Shown: positions 32,726 through 42,852 of the stretch, piece after piece | How positions within the stretch are numbered: position 1 is the first letter of the stretch | Layout: every line of letters starts with the position of its first letter | Source of the DNA: an uncultured delta proteobacterium | Lineage (GTDB): Bacteria > Myxococcota > Myxococcia > Myxococcales > Myxococcaceae | Direction of reading: 5' to 3' | Length of the DNA stretch: 64,000 bases | NCBI GenBank assembly: GCA_963771175.1 | Contig: CAVYSY010000033.1 | Span: 384,001-448,000, forward strand | Program-made: the position numbers and the translations under genes | Notes under the pieces: model-generated | Told to the model about the DNA's origin: nothing | Databases searched by the model: none | The model's input: the letters and a program-made list of their open reading frames with translations, nothing else

Positions 32726-32916
32726 AGTGTCCCGGACCCCGCGCCCTCCCAGAAGCTGGCTCTTCAAGGAATTCGTTCATTCCAGGACATCCCGGGCAAC
32801 CAGGGAGGCAAAATCCACGGGTGGCCACCCCGCGCCCCGTCGGAGGGGACGTCTGCCCATAGTAAGACGTCTGTTGCGCGAGGCGCGCGGCCGACCCGGA
32901 TCCTCACGAGGAAGAC

Positions 32917-34860
32917 ATGCGGGCACTGCTCGTTCCATCCGGGACCTTCGATCTCTCGCCCGTGGAAACCCTGCTCCGGCAGCTCGGAGTCAGCCCGACG
33001 CACGCCGGTGACGACGAGGCGGCCATCGCGGCCTTCCGTCAGTCTCCCTTTCCGCTGGTGCTGCTGGGGATGGACGACGCGGGAGACCGGATCGTCCTCG
33101 TGCGTGCGCTGCGGACCTGTCCGCGCGGGGCACGGACCGCCATCCTGCTGGTGGCGCGGCCCGAGCAGCAGGCGAAGCTCCACCCGCTGCTGGATGCCGG
33201 GGTGGACGACTTCCTGCTGCTGCCGCTGGACGAGGCCTCGGTCGCGCTCCGATTGCGGCTCGCCCTTCGCCGCGCGGCCGAGCGACCGGAGCCACTGCCG
33301 GAGGACTTCGAGCTGGACGGGCTGTGCGCGGTGCTGCTGCGGGAGAGCCCGGTGCCTACCTGCATCATCACGCGCGAGGGCAATGCCTTCGTCGACCTCA
33401 ACGACGCCTGCCTGCGGGTGTTCGGCTACACGCGAGAGGAGATGCTCTGGCGCACCGCGAAGGAGCTGAACCTCTGGGAGTCGCCCCTCGAGAGCAATCG
33501 GCTGGCGGCGCTCTTCCGGGAGCAGGGCGCGCTGAGGGGAGTAGAGTCGCGCGTGCGCACGAAGAGCGGGGAGGTGCGCCACGTGCTCGTCTTCGCGGGC
33601 ATCGCCGAGTACGCGGGCACGCCGCACGTCGTCTGCATGTTCCCGGACATGACCGAGCGCAAGCAGATGCAGTCGCGGCTGCTGTTGTCGGACCGGATGG
33701 CCTCGGTGGGAACGCTGGCCGCCGGCGTGGCGCATGAAATCAACAACCCACTGGCCTACGTCACGGCCAACCTCGGCTACGTGCACGAGGAGATGGGGCG
33801 CCTGCTGGAGCGCTGGCCCAAGGAGGGGCCCCCCTGCCCCAGCCTGACCACCCTGGTGAAGTCGGCGTGCGTCGCGCTCGGCGAGGCGCTGCACGGCGCG
33901 GACCGGGTGCAGACCATCGTGGGAGACCTCAAGACGTTCTCCCGGGAGACGCGCGAGACACAGGAGGAGCCCATCCGGGCGGTGGACGTTCGGAAGGTGA
34001 TGGACAGCACCCTGAGCCTCGCGGCCGGGGAGATCCGCCACCGAGCACAGCTCGTGAAGGACTATGGGGAGGTGCCCCCGGTACACGGCAACGACTCGCG
34101 CCTGGGGCAGGTCTTCCTCAACCTGCTCGTCAACGCCGCCCAGGCCATTCCCGCCGACGGCGACGCGGACCAGCATGAGATCCGCGTCACCACGCGCCTG
34201 CTGCCCTCCGGGCAGGTGGCGGTGGAGGTATCGGACACCGGGGCGGGCATCGCGCCCGAGCTGATGGGCCGCATCTTCGATCCCTTCTTCACCACCAAGC
34301 CGCCGGGGGTGGGAACAGGGCTGGGCCTGTCCATCTGCCACAACCTCATCGCCACGATGGGCGGGGAGATCCACGTCCACAGCGACCTGGGTCGGGGCAC
34401 CACCTTCCAGGTGTTGCTGCAGGTGGCCACCACGCCGTTGGAGCAGCCCGCGCCGGTGGAGCCGCGACCCGAGCCCCCTCCCAGTCCCCGAGGCCGGGTG
34501 CTGGTCATCGACGACGAGCCCATGCTGTGCTCGGCGGTGGAGCGCATCCTCCGGCCCCACCATGACGTGGTGCTCACCACGCTGGCGGCCGAGGCCCTCC
34601 CGCGCCTGGAGGCGGGAGAGCGTTTCGATCTCATCCTGTGCGACCTGATGATGCCGCGGATGAACGGCATGGACTTCCACGCGGCGCTGCAGCGGCTGCG
34701 CCCGGAGCTGACCGGCCGCGTCATCTTCCTCACCGGCGGCGCCTTCACGCCGCAGGCGAAGTCCTTCCTGGCTCAAGTGCCCAACCGCCGGGTGGACAAG
34801 CCGTTCAACGCGCGCGCCCTGCTGGCGGTGACGCGCGAGGTGCTCGCCACCGTCGGTTGA
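32917..34860 (+). CDS. Hybrid sensor histidine kinase (pseudo-REC, PAS, HisKA, HATPase, REC)
   Basis: [31 protein letters not shown]-terminal VLVIDDE...LCDLMMP. Confidence 0.95.
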   Translation: MRALLVPSGTFDLSPVETLLRQLGVSPTHAGDDEAAIAAFRQSPFPLVLLGMDDAGDRIVLVRALRTCPRGARTAILLVARPEQQAKLHPLLDAGVDDFLLLPLDEASVALRLRLALRRAAERPEPLPEDFELDGLCAVLLRESPVPTCIITREGNAFVDLNDACLRVFGYTREEMLWRTAKELNLWESPLESNRLAALFREQGALRGVESRVRTKSGEVRHVLVFAGIAEYAGTPHVVCMFPDMTERKQMQSRLLLSDRMASVGTLAAGVAHEINNPLAYVTANLGYVHEEMGRLLERWPKEGPPCPSLTTLVKSACVALGEALHGADRVQTIVGDLKTFSRETRETQEEPIRAVDVRKVMDSTLSLAAGEIRHRAQLVKDYGEVPPVHGNDSRLGQVFLNLLVNAAQAIPADGDADQHEIRVTTRLLPSGQVAVEVSDTGAGIAPELMGRIFDPFFTTKPPGVGTGLGLSICHNLIATMGGEIHVHSDLGRGTTFQVLLQVATTPLEQPAPVEPRPEPPPSPRGRVLVIDDEPMLCSAVERILRPHHDVVLTTLAAEALPRLEAGERFDLILCDLMMPRMNGMDFHAALQRLRPELTGRVIFLTGGAFTPQAKSFLAQVPNRRVDKPFNARALLAVTREVLATVG

Positions 34861-34863
34861 GGC

Positions 34864-36174
34864 TCAGCGGAAGAAGGCGCGCAGCGTGGAGATCATCGCC
34901 GCCACGTCCGCCGCGGCGGCCATCTCGCGGATGGAGTGCATGGACAGCATGGGGCTGCCCACGTCCACGGTGCGGATGCCCAGTTCCCCGGCGGTAATGG
35001 GGCCGATGGTGCTGCCACAGCCCAGGTCCGTCCGGGTGACGAAGACCTGCGGCGTCACTCCGGCCTCGCGGCAGTGGAGCGCGAACCAGGCCCAGCTCTC
35101 GCCGTCGGTGGCGTAGGACTGGTTGACGTTGGACTTGATGACCGGGCCGGCGCCCATCAGCGGCTGGTGCTTGGGCTCGTGCATGGAGGCGTAGTTGGGG
35201 TGCACCGCGTGCGCCATGTCCGCCGACACCAGGAACGAGTGGCGGATGGCCCGGTGGAAGGAGTCCCGCCGCCCGTCCGAGTGCGCCAGGGTGATGCGCT
35301 CCAGCAGATCCTTCAGGAAGGGCGAGGCGGCGCCCTGCGCGCTGCGGCTGCCGCACTCCTCATGGTCGTACAGCACGACCCCGCGGGTGGCCTCGCCGGG
35401 CCCGCTCAGGGCCAGCAGCGCGGACAGCGCCGAGTGGCTGCTGGCGAGGTTGTCCAGGCGTGCCGCGTGGAGGAACTCGCCAAAGGCGCCGGAGCGGCTG
35501 GAGGGCTGCGTGTCGTAGAGGCAGAGATCGAAGCCGAGGATGTCGCCCGTCTCCACGAGGGCGCCGCCCCGGGCCAGCTCCTCGACGAGCATCGCCTTGA
35601 GGTCCACCGCACCCGAGCGCTCCAGGGCGAGCACCGGCACCAGATGGTCCTGGGCGTTGAGCTTGAGGCCCTCGGAGTTGACGGTGCGGTTGAGGTGGAT
35701 GGCGAGGTTGGGGATGCGCAGCAGCGGGCGGCGGAAGTCCACCAGATGGTGCGTCAGGCGGCCGTCCTTCGCGACGACCACGCGGCCGGCGAGCGACAGG
35801 TCGCGGTCCAACCAGGTGCTGAAGAGGACACCGCCGTACACCTCCACGCCGAGCTGGTGGTAGCTGGAGCGCAGCACATGGGGGTTGGGCTTGATGCGCA
35901 GGTTGGGCGAGTCCGTGTGGGCGCCCACCAGCTTGAAGCCAGCGCGGTCCACCGGGGCGGTGCCGAGGTGGAAGGCGGCGATGCTGGTGTCCCCGCGGGT
36001 GACGTACACCTTGTCCCCGGGCTTCAAATCCCAGGACTCGCGCTCGTCGAGGGCGCGATAGCCCTGGGCGGACAGGCGGCGGATCGTCTCGCGCACCACG
36101 TGGTACGGGGTGGGCGAGGCATCGATATAGGCCAGCAGGTCGTTGGCGGCGGCGTCGGTATCGGAGGGAATCAT
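34864..36174 (-). CDS. M18-family (aspartyl) aminopeptidase
   Basis: AHTDSP, RLDN, DHEECGS, DMAH, CGSTIGP, SMHSIRE. Confidence 0.94.
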   Translation of the reverse strand: MIPSDTDAAANDLLAYIDASPTPYHVVRETIRRLSAQGYRALDERESWDLKPGDKVYVTRGDTSIAAFHLGTAPVDRAGFKLVGAHTDSPNLRIKPNPHVLRSSYHQLGVEVYGGVLFSTWLDRDLSLAGRVVVAKDGRLTHHLVDFRRPLLRIPNLAIHLNRTVNSEGLKLNAQDHLVPVLALERSGAVDLKAMLVEELARGGALVETGDILGFDLCLYDTQPSSRSGAFGEFLHAARLDNLASSHSALSALLALSGPGEATRGVVLYDHEECGSRSAQGAASPFLKDLLERITLAHSDGRRDSFHRAIRHSFLVSADMAHAVHPNYASMHEPKHQPLMGAGPVIKSNVNQSYATDGESWAWFALHCREAGVTPQVFVTRTDLGCGSTIGPITAGELGIRTVDVGSPMLSMHSIREMAAAADVAAMISTLRAFFR

Positions 36175-36240
36175 CCCCTCCAGGCTAGCGCCACCGCCGC
36201 GCCACGCCACGGGAAACGTGGCGACTCCGCCAGGAAGAGA

Positions 36241-37647
36241 TCAGCGCTGGGGCTCGGCTGCCTGGGCGTCACCCGCGGGCTCCACCCCCTGGTATACCGC
36301 CGGCAGCGAGGCCGACACGGCGCCCACGTAGAAGATGCCGTGGTAGCCCTGCTTGTTGCGGCCGTCGAACAGGTGGACGAAGTAGCGCGCCCCGTTGTCC
36401 TGGCCCTTGGCGGGCTTCACGCCACAGTCCAGCTTCTGCTCCCCGCTCACGGCGCAGATCCACGCCGTGCCGCTGTCGTAGGCGATGTCCAGCGAGTACA
36501 CGTTCGGGAACACGTCCGCGACGCGCCTGCCCATGGGGCGGTAGTCAGGATTCCAGGGCAGCCCCTTCACCTGCCGGGGGTGGAGATTGCCGCTCACCAC
36601 CAGCACCGCCCGATTCCGGGACTTGCCGACCACCTCCAGCACCGAGCTCGCCATGGCCTCCTCACGCGCGTCACCCTCGAGCGGCGGGCGATCGAAGGCG
36701 AAGACCTCCACGTCCAGCCCCTGGCTGCGCAGCTTGCGCAGGGACTCGAGGAGGTAGGCCACGGCATCGCTGTTGCGGCCGTCCGGGTACGGGCTGCGCC
36801 AGAAGGGGCTCTCCATCAGCTTCGCCCAGTCCTGCGCCTTGCCCTTGCTGGCCATGAATTCCTGGAGCCGCTCCTGGTTCACATCGGGAATCTCCAGGCC
36901 CACCGTCACCGGGATGCCCTGCACGGCCGCCTGGCACACGCTCTGGGCGATGAAGTGCGGCACCTGCTGCGTGCCGTGCAGCTCCCCCAGCATCACCACG
37001 TTGCCGGGACGCGCCACCTTGCCCAGCCCCAGGATGGGCACGCCGCACTCGATGTCATCGTTCCGCGTCACCACCACCTCGGGGGTGTCGCTGGACTTCT
37101 GTGCGCTCCGCGCGAGCACCGGGGCGATCTGTCGGAACAGCTTCCACTCCATCACCGTGTCGCGAGCGGCCTGCCGGGACTCGACCCTGACATTGGCGTC
37201 GCCCCCCCCCATCTGCATCATCGATGTCTCGAGGGACGCCAGACTGCCGAGGCCCGTGGGGCTGTCCTCGGTGCGCGCGTCACCGCTCCAGACGAGCTCG
37301 CTGCCCGGCGCCTTCAACGCCTTGTTGGCGCTGCGGGTCTCGCGGGTGATGACCAGCTTGCAGCGGTGGGGCCCCTCGGGCTTGGCGATGACCAGGTAGC
37401 GATGCCAGTAGGCGGCAATCCTCGAGCCGGCGAACTCCTCGCGCCACTCGGTCTCCAGCGCGGCCGTTCCCGGGGTCTCGCGGAAGACGAAGCCCTTCGT
37501 CGAGAAGTACGTGCGGACCTGCGGCCAGACCTCGTCGATCGGCTGCTCGTAGATGGCCTCCTCGTCCGGGGCGAAGTCCACGAAGCGCGAGGAACACCCC
37601 GACAGCACGGCCAGCAACGACAGGCAAACGAAGGCCATCCTTCTCAT
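36241..37647 (-). CDS. Lipoprotein with C-terminal EreA/ChaN/Tiki-like domain (paralogue 1)
   Basis: Lipobox LSGC; LGELHGT, VGLE, REEAMA, VSGNLH. Confidence 0.75.
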   Translation of the reverse strand: MRRMAFVCLSLLAVLSGCSSRFVDFAPDEEAIYEQPIDEVWPQVRTYFSTKGFVFRETPGTAALETEWREEFAGSRIAAYWHRYLVIAKPEGPHRCKLVITRETRSANKALKAPGSELVWSGDARTEDSPTGLGSLASLETSMMQMGGGDANVRVESRQAARDTVMEWKLFRQIAPVLARSAQKSSDTPEVVVTRNDDIECGVPILGLGKVARPGNVVMLGELHGTQQVPHFIAQSVCQAAVQGIPVTVGLEIPDVNQERLQEFMASKGKAQDWAKLMESPFWRSPYPDGRNSDAVAYLLESLRKLRSQGLDVEVFAFDRPPLEGDAREEAMASSVLEVVGKSRNRAVLVVSGNLHPRQVKGLPWNPDYRPMGRRVADVFPNVYSLDIAYDSGTAWICAVSGEQKLDCGVKPAKGQDNGARYFVHLFDGRNKQGYHGIFYVGAVSASLPAVYQGVEPAGDAQAAEPQR

Positions 37648-37705
37648 TCAACGTCCTCCAGGTTCTCTCTAGGAATGGCCGCGGCGAGAACCGCGACCGC
37701 CGGGT

Positions 37706-39193
37706 TCACATCGGGTCGGGACGGGTGGTGCGCTGCTCGTCGGAGCCGGACTTCGAGCCGCCGGGACGCACCGCGGGCGGAGAGGCAGACACCGGGCCCA
37801 CGTAGAAGACACCGTGGTAGCCGGACTCGGTCGGCTGCTCGAAGAAGGACACGAAGTACCGGTCCCCGTTGTCCTTGCCCTTCGTGGGCCGCTCGCCACA
37901 CTCGAGCGTCTGCTCCACGGAGCAGATCCACGCCGTGCCGCTGTCGAAGGCCACGTCCAGCGACAGCAGGGAGGGCAGCTTCTGGGCGAGCATGTAACCC
38001 ATGGGGCGGTAACCCAGGTCCCACGGCACTCCCGGGTTGGTGCGCGGGTGGATGTTGCCGGTGACGACGAGGAAGAAGCGTCGAGGGCCCTGCTCCACCT
38101 GGGAGAGGATCGTCCGGGCCATGGCCCCCTCGCGGCTCTCGCCCTGCAGCTCCGGGTGGTCGAAGACGAAGACGTTCACGTCCAACCCCTGGGCACGCAG
38201 CCAGCGGAGCTGCTCCAGCAACTGGGCCACCGCCTCGCTGCTGCGTCCGTCCGGGTAGGGGCTGCGCCAGAAGGGGCTCTCCATCAGCAGCGCATGGTCT
38301 TCCTCGGTGCCCGCGCTGGCGATGAAGCGCCGCACACGCTCCTGGTTCTCCACCGGCATCTCCAGGCCCACCGTCACCGGCGTGCCGCGCGTGGCCACCT
38401 GGCAGGCACCCAGTGCCACGAAGCGGGGCACCTCCCGCGTGCCGTGCAGCTCGCCCAGCAGCAGCACCGTGCCCGGCTGGCTCTTCCCGGCGAGCCCGAT
38501 GATGGGCATGCCGCACTCGATGGACGCGCCGCCCGGCTCCTGCTTCGTCGCCGCCAGCGCCGGCCCCTCCACGCCCTTCTTGCGCACATCCAGCACCGGC
38601 ACGACGCCCTGCCTCAGCGACCACTCCATCGCCGAGTCCCGAGCGCCCTGCACGGACTCCCCCATCGTGCCGAGCGCGTCCATGGGGACGAGGAAGCTGC
38701 TCACGGACTCGTCGGGGACGAAGCGCAGCTTCTCCTCGCTGGAGGGCACGCGCACGTCGTACTCCTCCATGCGGATGCCCCCACCCGGCAGGCCGTCATT
38801 GGGGGAGCCCGGGAAGCGGCTCCCCGACCAGTCCGGTTGCTTCGCATCGTTGACGGGAGCCCCATCGGGGCTGCGGCTGGAGCGGATGACCCACACCTTG
38901 CTGCGCGCCGGGGCCTCCCGCTTGCCGATGACGGTGTAGCGGTGCCAGTAGCCGGCGACCTTCGAACCGGCGAACTCCTCGCGCCACTCCGTCTGCAACA
39001 CGAAGTGGGGCGCGTCCTCCCGGTATTTGTACCCGCCGTCCCGGAACCAGGCCTCCACCACGGGCCAGACCTCTTCCAGGGGGTGCTCGTAGACAGCCTC
39101 CTCCTGCTTCTCCAGCCGGAGGATGCCCTGTCGCGAGGCGCACCCCACCAGCCCCCCCAGCAGGAGAACCGGGATGAAGATGGCCGCTCGCAT
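37706..39193 (-). CDS. Lipoprotein with C-terminal EreA/ChaN/Tiki-like domain (paralogue 2)
   Basis: Lipobox LVGC; LGELHGT, VGLE, REGAMA, VTGNIH; aligns with its neighbour over the whole length. Confidence 0.75.
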   Translation of the reverse strand: MRAAIFIPVLLLGGLVGCASRQGILRLEKQEEAVYEHPLEEVWPVVEAWFRDGGYKYREDAPHFVLQTEWREEFAGSKVAGYWHRYTVIGKREAPARSKVWVIRSSRSPDGAPVNDAKQPDWSGSRFPGSPNDGLPGGGIRMEEYDVRVPSSEEKLRFVPDESVSSFLVPMDALGTMGESVQGARDSAMEWSLRQGVVPVLDVRKKGVEGPALAATKQEPGGASIECGMPIIGLAGKSQPGTVLLLGELHGTREVPRFVALGACQVATRGTPVTVGLEMPVENQERVRRFIASAGTEEDHALLMESPFWRSPYPDGRSSEAVAQLLEQLRWLRAQGLDVNVFVFDHPELQGESREGAMARTILSQVEQGPRRFFLVVTGNIHPRTNPGVPWDLGYRPMGYMLAQKLPSLLSLDVAFDSGTAWICSVEQTLECGERPTKGKDNGDRYFVSFFEQPTESGYHGVFYVGPVSASPPAVRPGGSKSGSDEQRTTRPDPM

Positions 39194-39289
39194 CCAAAAC
39201 CTCCCTGGGCGTGACGCCCGCAAACGTCTTAACGACTCCGACGCGCGGACATACTGCCTGGAAATGAGCGGATTTTCGCGGGGGCTATC

Positions 39290-41350
39290 CTACCCGCCCC
39301 CACCCTGCCCCAACTCCTCCAGCAACCGGCGGGCGTCGTAGACCTTCCGGAGCCCCTCCAGGATGCCCTGGCTGTGGACGGAGACGCTGCGGTTGGCGGA
39401 CTCGTCGAAGCCGTACTCGCCCCCCAGGGACTGGATGTTGCCGTCGAAGACGATGCCGACAATCTCCGCGTCCTTGTTGAAGATGGGAGACCCCGAGTTG
39501 CCGCCGATGATGTCGTTGGAGCTCACGAAGTTGAACGACGTCTGGAGCTCCAGGCGGGGCTTCGCCTTCAACCAGCTCGGCGGCAGGCGGAAGGGGTCCT
39601 CGCCGGTGGCGCGCTCGTAGAGGCCGGAGATGAGGGTGAAGGGCTCCACCGTCCTGCCCTCCTCCGAGTAACCCTTCACCTGACCGAAGGACAGACGGAG
39701 CGTGAAGGTGGCATCCGGGTAGATGCTGGTGCCGTAGGCCTCGAAGCGGGCGCGGGCGATGAGCTCGCCGTTCTTGTCGACGACGGACTCCACCTCCTCC
39801 TCGTAGCGCTTGCGGATGGCGCGCGCCTCGTCCTCGAAGGAGCGGATGAACTCCAGCATCGGGTCCTTCGAGCCGCGGATGGCGGCCGGACCGCCCTGGT
39901 AGAGCTGGCGGCGGACCTTTGGGCTGGCCAGCTTCGTACCGGCCACCAGCTTGCGCGCGATCGCCCGCGGGGACTGCTTGCCCAGCACCTTCTTCACCAC
40001 CGGATCATCCGGCCCGAGCTGCTCGCGCAACTTCGTCAGGTAGAAGGTGAGCAGCGCCTGCTCCAGTTGGGGGTAGACGGGCGCCGGGCTGAAGAGCTGC
40101 TGCTCCAGCTCCGGCTTGCGCGCCTCGGCGTACTCCTCCAACCGCAGCTCGTTGGGCTTGGGCAGCTCCTCCGCCGAGCGGACGAGCAGGCGCGCATAAC
40201 CAAAGAGGTCCGAGCCCGCCCCGGAGCTCTGCTCCAGCAGCCGCAGCCGGATGCGCATGTCCCGCAGCGTGTCCGTGGACTTCGCGATGTTGTCCCACGC
40301 CTGACCGAAGCGCTTCTGGCGCGCGGGGTCCGCCTTCACCCAATCGCGCAGCTTCTGCTCCTCGGCCACCTTCTTGGCGAAGAAGTCCCGGTCCACCAGC
40401 GCCTCGCGCCGGCCCACCAGCGCCTTGTAGGAGTTCTCCACGCCGAACTTGAGGTTGTTGGAGATGCGGGTGAGCTCGGGGCCACGCTGCTGGAACTCGT
40501 CGAGCAGCCCGCGGAGCTGCGCCAGTTGGAAGAGGCGCTCGGGCAGCGCATAGTCGCGCTGGTAGAGGAGCTGGGCCTGCGTCAGCAGGCGCGAGGTGCC
40601 GCCCGGGTGCCCGGAGACGAAGGTGAGCTCACCCGCCTGCGCGCCCCTGGCCGACCAGCGGAAATAGTCGTCCACCTTCGCCGGCTTGCCTTCCTGGTAC
40701 ACGCGCACGAAGGCCACGTCGTAGTCGTAGCGGGGGAACTCGAAGTTGTCCGGGTCGCCTCCGAAGAAGGCGATGGCCTCCTCGGGAGCGAACACCAGCC
40801 GCACGTCCTGGAAGCGCTGGTACTTGTACAGGTTGTACATGCCGCCCTGGTACAGCGACACCACGTCACAGCGGGTGTCGGGCGCGGTGGCGCAGCCCTT
40901 CTCCAACCGGGCGATCTCCGCCCGCTGCGCATCCCGGAAGGCCGCGCCCTCCTTGCCCTGCGTGGCCTTCGTCACCTGCTCGGTGACGTCGGAGATCTCC
41001 ACCAGCCTGTTGACCTCCATCGCCGGGCACTGCCGCTCCTGCTGCGCGGTGGCCGCGATGAAGCCCTTCACGATGTAATCGTTCTGCGGAGTGGAGAGTT
41101 GCTGCGCGCACTCGCGCACGCAGTGGTGGTTGGTCATCACCAGCCCAGTGGGGGACACGAAGCTGGCCGAGCAGCCGCCGGCGATCCGGGCCGAGGAGAG
41201 CCGGACCTTCCGCAGCCATTCCGAGTCAGGTGCGAAGCCGTACCGGGCCTTCACCAGGTCAGAGGGAAAGTTGTTGAAGGTCCACATCCCCTCATCGGCA
41301 CGGGCGAGCCCGGCGGCGAGCAGGACGAGGACGGGGAGCAACCGTGTCAT
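39290..41350 (-). CDS. S46-family dipeptidyl peptidase (DPP7/DPP11-like)
   Basis: Signal peptide + ADEGMW, TNHHC, FGGDPDNF, DATFTLRLSFG, IGGNSGSP. Confidence 0.94.
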   Translation of the reverse strand: MTRLLPVLVLLAAGLARADEGMWTFNNFPSDLVKARYGFAPDSEWLRKVRLSSARIAGGCSASFVSPTGLVMTNHHCVRECAQQLSTPQNDYIVKGFIAATAQQERQCPAMEVNRLVEISDVTEQVTKATQGKEGAAFRDAQRAEIARLEKGCATAPDTRCDVVSLYQGGMYNLYKYQRFQDVRLVFAPEEAIAFFGGDPDNFEFPRYDYDVAFVRVYQEGKPAKVDDYFRWSARGAQAGELTFVSGHPGGTSRLLTQAQLLYQRDYALPERLFQLAQLRGLLDEFQQRGPELTRISNNLKFGVENSYKALVGRREALVDRDFFAKKVAEEQKLRDWVKADPARQKRFGQAWDNIAKSTDTLRDMRIRLRLLEQSSGAGSDLFGYARLLVRSAEELPKPNELRLEEYAEARKPELEQQLFSPAPVYPQLEQALLTFYLTKLREQLGPDDPVVKKVLGKQSPRAIARKLVAGTKLASPKVRRQLYQGGPAAIRGSKDPMLEFIRSFEDEARAIRKRYEEEVESVVDKNGELIARARFEAYGTSIYPDATFTLRLSFGQVKGYSEEGRTVEPFTLISGLYERATGEDPFRLPPSWLKAKPRLELQTSFNFVSSNDIIGGNSGSPIFNKDAEIVGIVFDGNIQSLGGEYGFDESANRSVSVHSQGILEGLRKVYDARRLLEELGQGGGG

Positions 41351-41544
41351 GCGGGATCTCCTTTGCGTACACCTCGCGCTGGATTGGTCCCCACCGGAGG
41401 AGTCGGGTCAAAGCCTTGTGAGGACGAGTCGTCCGCATCCGTCCGCCCGGACACGCTCGCACCGGGAAGGGTGCCATCCACTGGACGGAGCCCGACCCAC
41501 GCGAGCCCGTGCCGGGCATGCCGCAGGCCGTCACCTGGGGACAA

Positions 41545-41860
41545 CTATGACTCCCCCGTGAGTTCCTCGAAGGAAGGAATGGGGGGAGCGGGAATCAAGA
41601 ACCACATCTCCCTGCGCTGACGAACAACGACATATGGGCTGCCCGCGACCTCCACACGGGTGCCAAAACGCGGATCCGGCTCCGCGTGTAACCAGTTGAG
41701 GGCCTCCGTCATGTTGGCAAAGGAGTGCGCGACGCGTCCCAAGCGTTCCGCCGCCTTTTCGATATCCAGGAGATAGTCCTGGAAGTCGCGCAGCTTGCCA
41801 TGCATGTGATGGGAGCCAGAATCAGCAAGCCCCCGGCCACGGAAACGACGATAGAGGCCA
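41545..41860 (-). pseudogene. Deleted remnant of a gene pair homologous to 50477-51406
   Basis: SIVVSVAGGLLILAPI joined to MHGKLRDFQDY...HSFANMTEALNWL...VEVAG. Confidence 0.55.
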
Positions 41861-42079
41861 ATTGAGCGCAGTCGCGTTGGGGCCGACGGGATGCGAGCAC
41901 GACGCCGCTTTCGAGCCAGGTGCTGGTTCTCACGTCATAAGACGTCGGCCAATCGAAATCTGTATTGCGCAGCTGATGTGGCACAGCCCACGAGGAAAAC
42001 CCAAGCGCAAAGCGCGACGGCCCCATGGGCGCCCAACTCATGCTTGGAAATGTCCACGTGTACTCCCCGGGTCGTCGAG

Positions 42080-42673
42080 TCAAAAGTCGAACGTAATGAG
42101 GTAGTCCGACTCGAACACCTCTCCATCGAAGGTGGGGAGCTTGTAGCGAAAGGAGGAGACGGCCGAGAGGACCCGCTCCCGCCGGCTCGCGTCCATCACG
42201 GGCACCACCACCTGGCAGTTACGCGGCACCCCGGGCTCCACCAACCGGCAGTGGAGCTTGATGACGTCCTGCTTCTCGAAAGGCACGGGCTTCGTGGCGC
42301 CGGTGCGAGGGGGACGGGAGACGAGGCGCTCGGGCTTCTTCAGCCGCAGGGCCAGTGTCTCGCAGGCCTCCCTGACGTGTCCGTTGCACGCTTTCGAGAG
42401 CAGCGACACGGCCCGGATGGAATCCTTCTGGACGCCCTCGCCGGATGCGAAGGCCAGGCCCCGCTCGTAGCACTGGCGTGCCGTCGCGACGGTACACACC
42501 TCGGTCTCGGGAGGAGGAACACGCTCCGTCTCGCCCGAGCCAAATGAGCCCAGGGCCGCGGGCCGTATCTTGTCGACGAGCGGGCGCTGGGGATTCTCCC
42601 TCCGAAGCAGCGCGCACCCGCCCAGCGCGAGCATCCAGGCACATCCCAGCCCCGCCACGACCCACCGCCTCAT
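42080..42673 (-). CDS. Lipoprotein with a Sel1-like repeat and a TonB-C-terminal-like domain
   Basis: Lipobox LGGC; CYERGLAFASGEGVQKDSIRAVSLLSKACNG (Sel1); C-terminal YKLPTFDGEVFESDYLITFDF. Confidence 0.72.
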   Translation of the reverse strand: MRRWVVAGLGCAWMLALGGCALLRRENPQRPLVDKIRPAALGSFGSGETERVPPPETEVCTVATARQCYERGLAFASGEGVQKDSIRAVSLLSKACNGHVREACETLALRLKKPERLVSRPPRTGATKPVPFEKQDVIKLHCRLVEPGVPRNCQVVVPVMDASRRERVLSAVSSFRYKLPTFDGEVFESDYLITFDF

Positions 42674-42852
42674 GAGGAGTCCAGACATGGCCGGGATGCT
42701 ACCAGCCCGAGTTGGATTCAACGCGAGGGGTCGGCGATGATGGGCGCTCCCGCCTCAGCCAAGAGCCTCCGTTGTCCGCCCTCCCCGCTCCCGCCCAGAC
42801 GACCCCCACGCCCGACCCGATCGGGCTCCACCCCGTCCCCGCCCCCTCCGAG

